The notes under the pieces are model-generated. The model was not told the origin of the DNA. It made no database searches and saw only the letters and a list, made by a program, of their open reading frames with translations. A program made the position numbers and the translations under genes. A stretch of 64,000 nucleotides of DNA from Clostridia bacterium (GTDB taxonomy: Bacteria > Bacillota > Clostridia > UBA1212 > DUPL01): contig JBMNIW010000008.1 in NCBI GenBank assembly GCA_050951325.1, positions 192,001-256,000 on the forward strand, read 5' to 3'. Shown one piece after another: positions 39,096 through 48,367 of this stretch (positions are counted from its first letter, which is position 1; each line of letters starts with the position of its first letter).

Positions 39096-40082
39096 TCAAT
39101 GTAAGTTTCTCCTTAGTTTAAACCGCATAAAACTATGATAATCAGGACTGATACCGTAATTATCATACGAAAGCAGCAATGCTCCAGCAACAGGCTCATA
39201 CTCGGATTGAAAAAGTATCAAATTATCAAGATCAGAAAGATATTCTCTAATAACTTTTTCAAGAACGAAACCTTTACCTTTGAATGAACCTCCATTCATT
39301 ACAAAATGTACTTCCCTGTTCTCCCATCCCAGCTCTCTTATTCCTTCACGTATACAATCAGCAAAACCCTTGCCCGTCTGGTTTACAAAATCCTCTGCAA
39401 CTCTATCCTTTAATAACATGGCTTCATATACAAAAGGCACAAAATGTTGATAAGGAAGTGCATTAACATCCCACCCATTATTTGTCTTTTTCAACGCTTC
39501 AGCTATAGTCGGGGTTTGTGCAAACTCGCATATTCTCTCTGAAAGTATTGTTGGCTCAATCAAATACTGTGCAGACATGCATGCATGTAAAAAAGCACGA
39601 TAACCAAGTCCTAGTGCAGCTTGATAATTAATTCGTCCTGACAAATTAAACGCTTTTCCATTTTCGTCGAATAACCATATACCTGCACCAGTCCCTACTC
39701 CCAACACCCCGCTGGGCAATCTATTCGTCCCTGCTCTCCAGGCTCCATACATATCATTGTATACTTTTATATTTTCAATAGATGTCCTTAACCTTAAGTT
39801 GTCTTCATAATATTTTTTGATATCATCACTGTCTACAGTAGCCATGCAGGCAGTCAAGGCATAAACATCAGGCATTTCAATTCCATTTCTTTGTAGCAGG
39901 TCTTTCAGATAATCCACTTGCTGTCCCAAATATCTAACTGCAAACTCAGAACTATCCTTGATGTCTTGAATAAATGCACTGTATCCAAAACCACTGAGTT
40001 TATCTACAATTAATCCATTTTCGTCTCCTAAAAGAATTTCGGTTTTTGAACCACCTTGATCAACGCCCACAAAATATCTCAT
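39096..40082 (-). CDS. BadF/BadG/BcrA/BcrD-family sugar kinase (N-acetylglucosamine kinase-like)
   Basis: VGVDQGGSKT, VYND, GVGTGAG, MNGGSF and EPVAGALL; divergent from the GH20 gene. Confidence 0.8.
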   Translation of the reverse strand: MRYFVGVDQGGSKTEILLGDENGLIVDKLSGFGYSAFIQDIKDSSEFAVRYLGQQVDYLKDLLQRNGIEMPDVYALTACMATVDSDDIKKYYEDNLRLRTSIENIKVYNDMYGAWRAGTNRLPSGVLGVGTGAGIWLFDENGKAFNLSGRINYQAALGLGYRAFLHACMSAQYLIEPTILSERICEFAQTPTIAEALKKTNNGWDVNALPYQHFVPFVYEAMLLKDRVAEDFVNQTGKGFADCIREGIRELGWENREVHFVMNGGSFKGKGFVLEKVIREYLSDLDNLILFQSEYEPVAGALLLSYDNYGISPDYHSFMRFKLRRNLH

Positions 40083-40247
40083 ATGTATCTCCCACTCGTA
40101 TCTTCATTTTCTCAATTGTACTTTCCCACCCACCATCTGTCAATAAATAACAGAGTAAAATTAACTATAGAAACAGCTATATTAGCTAGATGCGTTGTAT
40201 TCAAAAACATGGTGATGTATAATATGAACAAAATTAAAGGAGTAGTC

Positions 40248-41840
40248 ATGGGAAGATTTAAACATTTTTCTGTACTAATTGAATGCTCGGCGGGCAACAC
40301 ACCAAAAGTTGATACAATAAAGCATTTTATACGCATGCTCTCCCGCATGGGGTACAATGAGCTTTATCTAGGCTGCACAGATGCATATAAAATGGAGGGT
40401 GAACCCTACTTCAACTATAAACGAGGGGGCTATACTACAGAAGACTTTCAGGAGATGGATGCATGTGCAAAGGAAAACGGTATCGAACTCATAGCCAGCA
40501 TACAAACTCTTGGCCATTTGCATTTTCTGCAGCGTCATGAATCTTATAGGGATTTGATGGATAATGACCACGTCCTGCTGGTGGGAGATGAACGTGTATA
40601 CAAACTAATTGACAAAATGTTTGCTACCATTTCAAAAGGACTATCCACTAAGCGCATTCACATAGGATATGACGAGTGTTGGGGCTTGGGTCTTGGCAAC
40701 TATCTCAAAAAGAATCCGCCTGCAGACAAGAAAGAGCTTCTACTTCGTCATCTCTCCAAGGTGACTAACATTGCCTCCAAATACGGATACACTTGCGAAG
40801 TTTGGCATGATATGCTGACAGAAACCTTGAATACCAAAGTTACCGCAGAACAAGTCAGAAATGCACTTCCAGAAAACACGACAATGTTCTATTGGAACTA
40901 CTTTGAAGGCGATGTTCATGTGCTTAGATCCGGACTAGATAATATGTTTAAATATACTGATAAAGTTGGATACGCAGGCAGCGTCTTCAAATGCGGCTCA
41001 ATGGCACCAATGAATACTTTCAGCCTGTCAAGACTGCTTACCCAGATGCGCGTGGCAGAAGAAAAAGGACTTGACCATTTTATGATTACACTTTGGTCTG
41101 ACAATGGTGCATGGGTCAACAATTATACAGTACTGCCGGCACTTTATGCATGTGCAGAGTTCAACATTGGACGTTGGGACGGCACAGGCGAATTGGACAA
41201 AGCAAGGTTTAAAGATATTACAGGGGCAGACTATGATGACATGCTCTCACTTGATTACCTTGATGACCCGTATAAAAAGAAACTGACAAACACTCACGCC
41301 AATCTCACCTTTCTCATATTCTTTGCCGACCTGTTAAATGGTGGATGGGATTTGTTGTACGACAAGGATATGCCAAAGACTTATGAAGACTTGGCTAACC
41401 ATTATCAAAGATTAGCCTGCGGAGATTACTCCCATGTTTTCAAATGTGCAGAAAAACTAGCCCGGGTTCTAAGCATTAAGTGCCTTTTAGGACTAACTAT
41501 TAGAAATGCATACAAAGCAAATGACACCAAAACACTGAAGGAATCAGTGGAAAGGTTGAAAGAACTCGAAAACGCTATAATTGAATTTTCAAAAGCATAT
41601 GCTGATATGTGGCTTCACGATTCTATGCCGTATGGTCTTGAAGTATGCCAGACGTTAATAGGAGGCCAGATGCTTAGAACTTCTTATGTCAAACAAGTTA
41701 TAGAAGCATATCTTAAAAGCGGACGACCCATACCAGAACTGGCATGTGAAACAATAGTGCCAGATTTGCCACCTGGCACCACACAAGACTCCTGTTGGAT
41801 TGCAGACTGGAAGTTATTGATAAGCAACTGTGGGTTTTAG
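40248..41840 (+). CDS. GH20 beta-N-acetylhexosaminidase, cytoplasmic
   Basis: IQTLGHL, RIHIGYDE (catalytic DE), VWHDM, YWNY and TLWSDNG; AAGGAG RBS before ATG 40248. Confidence 0.88.
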   Translation: MGRFKHFSVLIECSAGNTPKVDTIKHFIRMLSRMGYNELYLGCTDAYKMEGEPYFNYKRGGYTTEDFQEMDACAKENGIELIASIQTLGHLHFLQRHESYRDLMDNDHVLLVGDERVYKLIDKMFATISKGLSTKRIHIGYDECWGLGLGNYLKKNPPADKKELLLRHLSKVTNIASKYGYTCEVWHDMLTETLNTKVTAEQVRNALPENTTMFYWNYFEGDVHVLRSGLDNMFKYTDKVGYAGSVFKCGSMAPMNTFSLSRLLTQMRVAEEKGLDHFMITLWSDNGAWVNNYTVLPALYACAEFNIGRWDGTGELDKARFKDITGADYDDMLSLDYLDDPYKKKLTNTHANLTFLIFFADLLNGGWDLLYDKDMPKTYEDLANHYQRLACGDYSHVFKCAEKLARVLSIKCLLGLTIRNAYKANDTKTLKESVERLKELENAIIEFSKAYADMWLHDSMPYGLEVCQTLIGGQMLRTSYVKQVIEAYLKSGRPIPELACETIVPDLPPGTTQDSCWIADWKLLISNCGF

Positions 41841-43608
41841 TCATGCAGCAGCTTCTTCAGGATAAAAGAAATTCTCCAATAATGAAGAAACCTTAGCTAT
41901 ACGCCCCTCGGCAAAGGGGCTTTCCAAACCTGCCTTTTCTACGCTTTCCAAATAACTCAAGCTCCAGTCACTATTCATCAAGTCCAAATAGTAGTCTACA
42001 CCGCTACCCTTTTTGGCCAATTCATGCTCATATATCTGTATTGCTGCATCGTTTGAAATGCAGTAGCCGATGATGTAAAAAGGCAGTTCGTAAAAATGAA
42101 TTATATCAACCCATTGAAGCGAATAGTAGTCTTTCCATTCATCATCATATAATCCAAAACTTACAGCGCACTGGTTGGCTATACTATTTATATTCTCAAG
42201 AGTAACATCATTCTCTCTGAGACTATAGACCCTCTCTTCAAATTCGTTATAGTATCCCTGGTATATGTATAAATCAAGGGTTTTTAAAAACTGCATCAAC
42301 GAGAGAATACTAACTTCTTCTTCCGAGCAATTGTTTAAGTAATTTAGAATCAGATATCCCATGCTTTGGGATGCCACCTCAGCATCCTCAATACTGACAG
42401 TATAGTCATAATTTAAATATGAGTCGACAAAATGGCCAAACTCATGTGCAAAAATCAATACATCATACGCATTTCCTTCCGGATTCATCAGGATAAACGG
42501 TGCGTCATATGCTCTCAAATACGTCTGGAATGACCCGGGTGCTTTGTTTGGAGATGCGGATATGTCATATAACTCGTACTTCTCCATAAAGCTGAAGATC
42601 TTACCAGTTTTAGTCGACATGTCTACTGCTGCTTTTTTTACAATCTCAAAAACACGCTTCTCATCCATGTTTGGTACTTCCTCAAAGATATAGAAAAGTT
42701 CATCTTGTTTTACCTTTTTATATAATGGAACCAATTCATTTTTAACATCCTGCATGAACAAACTTGCCTGCTCGGCAGTATAGTCCCGGCCAAAATATTC
42801 ATAAGCATAATCCATATATGATTCGTACCCAAGTTCTTGCGCAATTCTCAGGCGAGTCTTCACAAGGTCAACATATATTTCACCCAGGATGTCATTGTAT
42901 TTTTCATAATACATGGTCATCAAGGCATCAAATTCTTCTTCCTCCAAATCCATCTGCAGTATGGTTTCAATGGTTTCTTCCTTGCCATTGTAGTTAATTG
43001 TTGCACTGCTCACTGCCTCTATGTACTCATTAACAAGGCGAGACTCCTCTTGCAGAAGTTTGACAAAATTATCACTGTAAATACTTCCATCTTTATATGA
43101 ATCAAAAAACCCTTCCCCGAAATACTCCAGTTCAAACCTCTCTGCATGACTGCTCTCACTACAGGCAATAAACATTTCTTCGAGTTTTTTGTTGAAATAT
43201 GGGGGTAACCTCTCCAAAGAACTCCACCTCTTCCTTGAAGAAATCATCAGTAGTATCGCTTTTATGCTTGACATAAGCCAAAGCTGACATAGTATAGAAA
43301 TTTTCATAATCCTTTTCCAAAGACTTAACTGCTTTAAGCTTCTTATAAAATGTCGCTTTGCTGTTCACTACTTCAATTATCTCATCAATCTTGTCAAAAA
43401 TTTTATCCGTGTCAGGTCTTTGATATACCATTTCATTGTATGATATGGTGCGTCTTGTATAAAACAAGTCCAGTGAACTTATGAACTCGACAACAGCATA
43501 AAAACCCACCAATCCAATTGCTACAGCGGCAATGATTAAAATAATTCTGTTACGCTTCTTTGCCGCATCTGAATAATTGCTTGCTTCATTCGTTTGAAAA
43601 TAATCCAT
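41841..43608 (-). CDS. M3-family oligoendopeptidase with N-terminal membrane anchor (frameshift near 43185)
   Basis: HEFGH zincin motif, AEVASQSM and HFYELPFYIIGY. Removing one A from the A6 run joins EVTPIFQQK to LEEMF. Confidence 0.8.
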
Positions 43609-43675
43609 TATGTACCTCACGAAATTTAATTACCGTGTCAATAATATCACATCATAAACCAATTGTCAAAATCTT

Positions 43676-44377
43676 CTAATCCATATTGTATAAATGTGAA
43701 AGATCACCCATTTGAACAATACGGGCAATTGCAGCATCGTGAAGCTGAGGTGTTCTCTGCATTTCTACAACTGTTACTGATGTGGGCATGAGCTGAAAAC
43801 CATGCCATATTTGAGGTATTGGTATTCTTGTAAGACAGGATACCAATGTCAAACCAAGCCCCATATGACAAAAGAAAACAATTGTTTCATCATCCCTGGC
43901 TTTCTCTGTAACATCATACAGCTGCCCTTTCCTTATGTAACCATACTTTTCAAGCAGCTTGTCAAGCTCATTACCTACCTTCGTATAATATTCATAGATG
44001 CCGCTATCCTTATACACGGAATGACTCATCCAGTCATTGGAGAAAAACACATCCTTGTATTTGTCCCAGTATTGGGGAGTTATATCCCAAGGACAATGAC
44101 AGCCATTATGATGTACAGGAAGACCTTCTTTCTCATAGTCAGGTTTGACAGGGAGTGGAAACTCCTGCAGCCAGTCGAGTATCTCCATATCCATGTTTTT
44201 TATCTTAAGAGTAGCCTTGGCGGTGTCCTTCGCACGACCCAATGGCGAACAATATATCTTGGATATATTAATCTTTTCAAGCCTTTTGGATAACAAATCA
44301 GCTTCAATCCAACCCTTTGGTGTCAGTGTATCGTTCTTGTAATCAGGATCACCGTGTCTAATAATCAACAGCTTCAT
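43676..44377 (-). CDS. Histidine phosphatase (phosphoglycerate mutase family)
   Basis: LLIIRHGDP, CSPLGRAKDTA, FFCH and GDLSHL motifs. Confidence 0.9.
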   Translation of the reverse strand: MKLLIIRHGDPDYKNDTLTPKGWIEADLLSKRLEKINISKIYCSPLGRAKDTAKATLKIKNMDMEILDWLQEFPLPVKPDYEKEGLPVHHNGCHCPWDITPQYWDKYKDVFFSNDWMSHSVYKDSGIYEYYTKVGNELDKLLEKYGYIRKGQLYDVTEKARDDETIVFFCHMGLGLTLVSCLTRIPIPQIWHGFQLMPTSVTVVEMQRTPQLHDAAIARIVQMGDLSHLYNMD

Positions 44378-44530
44378 ATTTTTACTTCCTTTCCAACTAG
44401 TATGTCATATTGCACTGCTCCTCCAATTATATCAATCCATTCTCATTTTGCAATATAACCAAACCTTCTGTCCGGTGCGGTATCACCATTGAGAAGCTTC
44501 AATAATGTAGCCGGATAAACTTTTATGCCT

Positions 44531-44575
44531 AAAAGAAAGAGAGTTGCTGCCTTTAAGAAGCATGCAACTCTCTTT
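44531..44575 (-). terminator. Intrinsic terminator
   Basis: AAAGAGAGTTGC...GCAACTCTCTTT stem with a T-rich tail on the minus strand. Confidence 0.75.
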
Positions 44576-44596
44576 GTATCCTGACATTTAAATTTT

Positions 44597-46255
44597 TTAC
44601 TTTTTCAATGCTTTTTCCAGCTTATTTCCCAACTCAATTCTTGCTTTCACAAATGTTTCGTCATTCTTAGTGTAATCCAATATACTTTTAGATACTTTCT
44701 TTATAATCTTATTGGTTTTCTTTTTACCCAACTCTTTTTCTGCCATGGTTAGGTACTCGAAATCTTCAATGCCGTCACGAACTGCTTCCAGTCTTAACGA
44801 ACCTACAGGACCTCTAATACCTACATGGGCACCATCATAAATAAGAACACCATCTCCATATACATGAGGCATAAGATGTTTTCCTGTTATTGCATCTTCC
44901 CAAGCATTCTCTGTCCAGTTATTTACTGCATAGTATAGAAATCCATCTACATTATATTGTTTTTGCTGCCAGAAAAGTACTCTGTGAACTACGCCCTTTT
45001 GCTCCATTAGTATGTTTGTATAAGGGTCTTGCGGTTCCCAGCATACGTACCACCAAACTTTATCTCCTCTTTTTTTGAACTCTTCCATTCGTTCAGCATA
45101 TGTTCCATACTGTTTGTCGTATTTTTCGGACTGAACGATATATTTAGGCTCTTTCTTGTTCTCTTTAGCCGTCTTGTATGCATATGGTTTATTGCACCAA
45201 ATTCTGATATAGTCTGACATAAATTCGATTTGATCCGTTTTGTAGTCAACCGCTATGTCTGTAAAAAATGGAGCCACCATTCGATAGCCTGGATATACCG
45301 TTTCCAGGTTCATCCCATGAAACTCAATTTCATTCAGAAGATGCATATCAGTAGGTTCATCTACAAAATAGAAGTATCCTTTATCAAACCACTCTTCCTT
45401 CTGGGATAGTTTTTCATGAATAGCTCTCAATCTGTCAAAATTGTAATCTGTTTTATACCCAGTAATGCAAAATGAAGTCACTCTCGGATTGTCCAAGTAT
45501 TCATCTACTCTCGGATCAAGAAGATCATATGGAAGATAATATGCATTTACTCGATTCTCAAGCAGGTAATCATAATATATCTTGTAAAGCTCATTATCGT
45601 CTGAATCCCATTGTTCATGCTTTACGTATACAGCCCAATGGCTAAGATCCATTGCTGTTGTACATGCTGTTGCTTCACTTAGAGTGAAATCCCACACTTT
45701 TGCAAACACTTTTGCTTGCTTGATGGTCTTGCTTCCATCCTTAATAGACAACATTGCTTCGTAAATGCCTGCTGGTGTATCAGGTGTGGTCTTTATTTTA
45801 ATATAGAAGGCTTGCGATTTAGACCCTTCTAAATTAAACTCAGAAGACAGCGGCACAATAGGATCAGGCGTCATTGCATCTCCCGTACTGATATAATGTT
45901 CAATGAATAGTTCAGCGGGAATTGCATCTCCTGCTTCATTTTTAAATTCAGTAATTTCTGCTGTCAGGTTTTCCTTATCATTTTCTGAATAGAGAACGAA
46001 CTGACAACCCTCAATCTCGTTCTTTGCAAGACGTATGTAATATGAATTATTTCCTTTGGGCTTCTCATCTTGCGCTACTTTTGTAAAAGAATGTACAAAT
46101 GTAAGTTTAAGTGTACTATCTTCATGTTCTGCAATGATTGGCTTATAATCCTTTGTTGGATCAAACTCTTTGTTGCAGGAATACAAGAAAACTGATACCA
46201 GCAAAACTGGCAACAAGAGTAAACATAACTTCTTTATGTAGTTGTTCCTACGCAT
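44597..46255 (-). CDS. Lipoprotein with DUF4091 C-terminal domain (GH123-like glycoside hydrolase)
   Basis: Lipobox LYSC; LAKNEIEGCQ, YFVDEP, WWYVC, GFLYY and GDGVLIYDG...SLRLEAVRDGIEDFEYL. Confidence 0.8.
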   Translation of the reverse strand: MRRNNYIKKLCLLLLPVLLVSVFLYSCNKEFDPTKDYKPIIAEHEDSTLKLTFVHSFTKVAQDEKPKGNNSYYIRLAKNEIEGCQFVLYSENDKENLTAEITEFKNEAGDAIPAELFIEHYISTGDAMTPDPIVPLSSEFNLEGSKSQAFYIKIKTTPDTPAGIYEAMLSIKDGSKTIKQAKVFAKVWDFTLSEATACTTAMDLSHWAVYVKHEQWDSDDNELYKIYYDYLLENRVNAYYLPYDLLDPRVDEYLDNPRVTSFCITGYKTDYNFDRLRAIHEKLSQKEEWFDKGYFYFVDEPTDMHLLNEIEFHGMNLETVYPGYRMVAPFFTDIAVDYKTDQIEFMSDYIRIWCNKPYAYKTAKENKKEPKYIVQSEKYDKQYGTYAERMEEFKKRGDKVWWYVCWEPQDPYTNILMEQKGVVHRVLFWQQKQYNVDGFLYYAVNNWTENAWEDAITGKHLMPHVYGDGVLIYDGAHVGIRGPVGSLRLEAVRDGIEDFEYLTMAEKELGKKKTNKIIKKVSKSILDYTKNDETFVKARIELGNKLEKALKK

Positions 46256-46330
46256 AAAATAACTCCTTTTGTATATTATAGCTTACTATAGATTATATTC
46301 ATTGTACTAAAAAATACAAGATGTTTGTAT

Positions 46331-46358
46331 AAAGAAGTCCTCGCGCAGCGAGGACTTT
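46331..46358 (-). terminator. Intrinsic terminator
   Basis: AAGTCCTCGC-GCA-GCGAGGACTT immediately after the stop codon. Confidence 0.75.
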
Positions 46359-46360
46359 CA

Positions 46361-47659
46361 TTACTTGCCAGATATTTTTACAACTCTAAAATGTCCGTCT
46401 GTAGCATTTTTTGTTACAATTTGCATTCTGCCAGGCAAAAACTCGTCTTCGTGGTCGAAATGCACATGACCTGCAAATATAGCTTGAACGTTATTGTTCT
46501 CATCTGTTATCAGGTTGTAGAAAAGGGTGGTTGATTCTGCCGGACTTACTCCACCAGGTCCCATCAGGATGGGTTTTCCCCAGACATCTATTGTGGCTTG
46601 AGCCAACGTATCGACATATATGGGGATATGCATGATTATTATCGTTGGCAAACCATTTTCAAGCTGTTTTTTGGTAAGTTCATACTGCTCATATGTTACT
46701 TGATCCTGACTGTTGTTAATAGCGATTATCTGAAGATCATCAAACTGTTTAACTTGAAAATCCGTATTGCCTCCGCACAAATCCTTGTATTTAGGAATAT
46801 ACTTTTCCTTGGTGCTTTGTGAATGATAGTCAAATTCAAAAGACCAGTCGTGATTTCCTAGAACATATAATGAGGGAACTTTGCTCCTGCTAACGTTATC
46901 TGCAATTGCTTTAATATTCGCCTCTGTTGGGAAATCGGCAATGTCACCTGTAAGGAATATCATGTCAGCGTTTACTTTTTCTGCGTATTCAAAGAAAGCT
47001 GGGAATCTATCACCAGAGGGGATCCCGTCTGCGGTCTTGAATACTTGTGACCTGCCATAAGCTGATGCTTTTACTTCTTTTGTGTCATCGTCAGAAAAGA
47101 GTGTAAGATGACTGTCAGTTACATGTACAAAAATGTAATCCTTCTTTATACCATCAATTTTCAATTCTGTCTCAATAGGAGAAATTATCATGTCAAGACC
47201 ATCTCCTTTTTCATAAGTCTTTTTGTTAACAACAATCTTGCCTTTATTGTTAAACTTTTCCAAAAAAGTTTTTATACCGGTATATGTACCATATTCTGTA
47301 CTCCCCTTTATGTATATCTTTTTACCCACAACTTCGATTACATAACCAAACTTCCCCAGCTCTGATACATCAATAGTATGACCATCCCGGTCTACATCCC
47401 CAAGAATAATTTCATATCCTTTGGTATCGCCTACTGAATCTTCCGTTCTTATAGTCAGGTTTGCCCCAGTTATTTTCGAAATCTCATCTTTTAGAAAGTA
47501 TGCGTAGTTCAAGTCTGTCAGAGTGTCCTTGTGAATAATCGTATACTTTGTTTTACCGTTTGATGCAACAGTCAGCGGTTTCTGCGAGAAGTAAACTAAT
47601 AATACAACAGATATTATTACTAATATCAGAACCGGTACAATAACTTTTAATTTCTTCAA
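46361..47659 (-). CDS. Membrane-anchored calcineurin-like metallophosphoesterase with N-terminal GH20/GH67 domain-2-like module
   Basis: VTDSH, LTGDI, LGNHD, MHIP and FAGHVH motifs; N-terminal EIILG..R...GYVI...IYIKG..YGT; TTG start with AAGGTG RBS. Confidence 0.82.
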   Translation of the reverse strand: MKKLKVIVPVLILVIISVVLLVYFSQKPLTVASNGKTKYTIIHKDTLTDLNYAYFLKDEISKITGANLTIRTEDSVGDTKGYEIILGDVDRDGHTIDVSELGKFGYVIEVVGKKIYIKGSTEYGTYTGIKTFLEKFNNKGKIVVNKKTYEKGDGLDMIISPIETELKIDGIKKDYIFVHVTDSHLTLFSDDDTKEVKASAYGRSQVFKTADGIPSGDRFPAFFEYAEKVNADMIFLTGDIADFPTEANIKAIADNVSRSKVPSLYVLGNHDWSFEFDYHSQSTKEKYIPKYKDLCGGNTDFQVKQFDDLQIIAINNSQDQVTYEQYELTKKQLENGLPTIIIMHIPIYVDTLAQATIDVWGKPILMGPGGVSPAESTTLFYNLITDENNNVQAIFAGHVHFDHEDEFLPGRMQIVTKNATDGHFRVVKISGK

Positions 47660-47748
47660 TACAATCACCTTCAATAGATTTTTCAATTTCATAAACATTA
47701 TATTCATTTAAGGGTGAAGTTACAAGAGATTTTATATAAAGGCGAGCT

Positions 47749-47870
47749 GTAAGCGCTACATATATTTTTATGCATACCACTCTTTTTGCCCTTTGTACAT
47801 TGTCTTGTATATGCCGTTTTTAGCCTCTCTCCTGACAACGACAGAATATACTGATACATTTCTATTTCAG
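47749..47870. mobile_element. Possible IS66-like terminal remnant
   Basis: Begins GTAAGCGCTACATATATT, 13/18 identical to the GTAAGCG-end at 63546, and abuts a 5'-truncated gene. Could instead be a LacI-type operator. Confidence 0.3.
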
Positions 47871-47876
47871 CTATAG

Positions 47877-48296
47877 GGTCAATTACAAATACCTTTGGAA
47901 TATGATGGTGTAAAGAGGTTTTCTGAAGGTTTGGCAGTGGCTTTCAAAGATGGAGTCTTTGGATATATTGACAAAACGGGCAAGTTACCTTTTGATACAC
48001 CTTTTGATTTCATATCTCCTTTTAAAGAAGGTCTTGCATCTATCAGAGTTGAAAGCAAATATGGATTCATCGATAAAAAGGGCGAAATAGCAATACCTAT
48101 CATATATGAGGATGCATTACATTTTTGCAAAGGACTTGCAGCTGTAATGATGAATGACAAATGGGGCTACATTGACAAACAAGGAAATCCTGTTTCATCT
48201 TTTGAGTATGATTATTTAGGCTATGTACATAAGGGTCTTGCTGTAGTTGAAAATGATCACAAATGGGGCATTATTCAATTTTCTACAACATACTGA
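47877..48296 (+). pseudogene. 5'-truncated WG-repeat (KWG) protein fragment
   Basis: Four FSEGLA...GYIDKxG repeats. The reading frame begins mid-repeat after a TAG with no RBS. Confidence 0.7.
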
Positions 48297-48309
48297 TTTC
48301 ATACATACC

Positions 48310-48345
48310 AAAGCATCCCCTACTCTTTAGAGCAAGGGATGCTTT
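48310..48345. terminator. Bidirectional terminator
   Basis: AAAGCATCCC...GGGATGCTTT between convergent genes. Confidence 0.7.
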
Positions 48346-48367
48346 AACCAAATTCAGTGTAAGGTCT

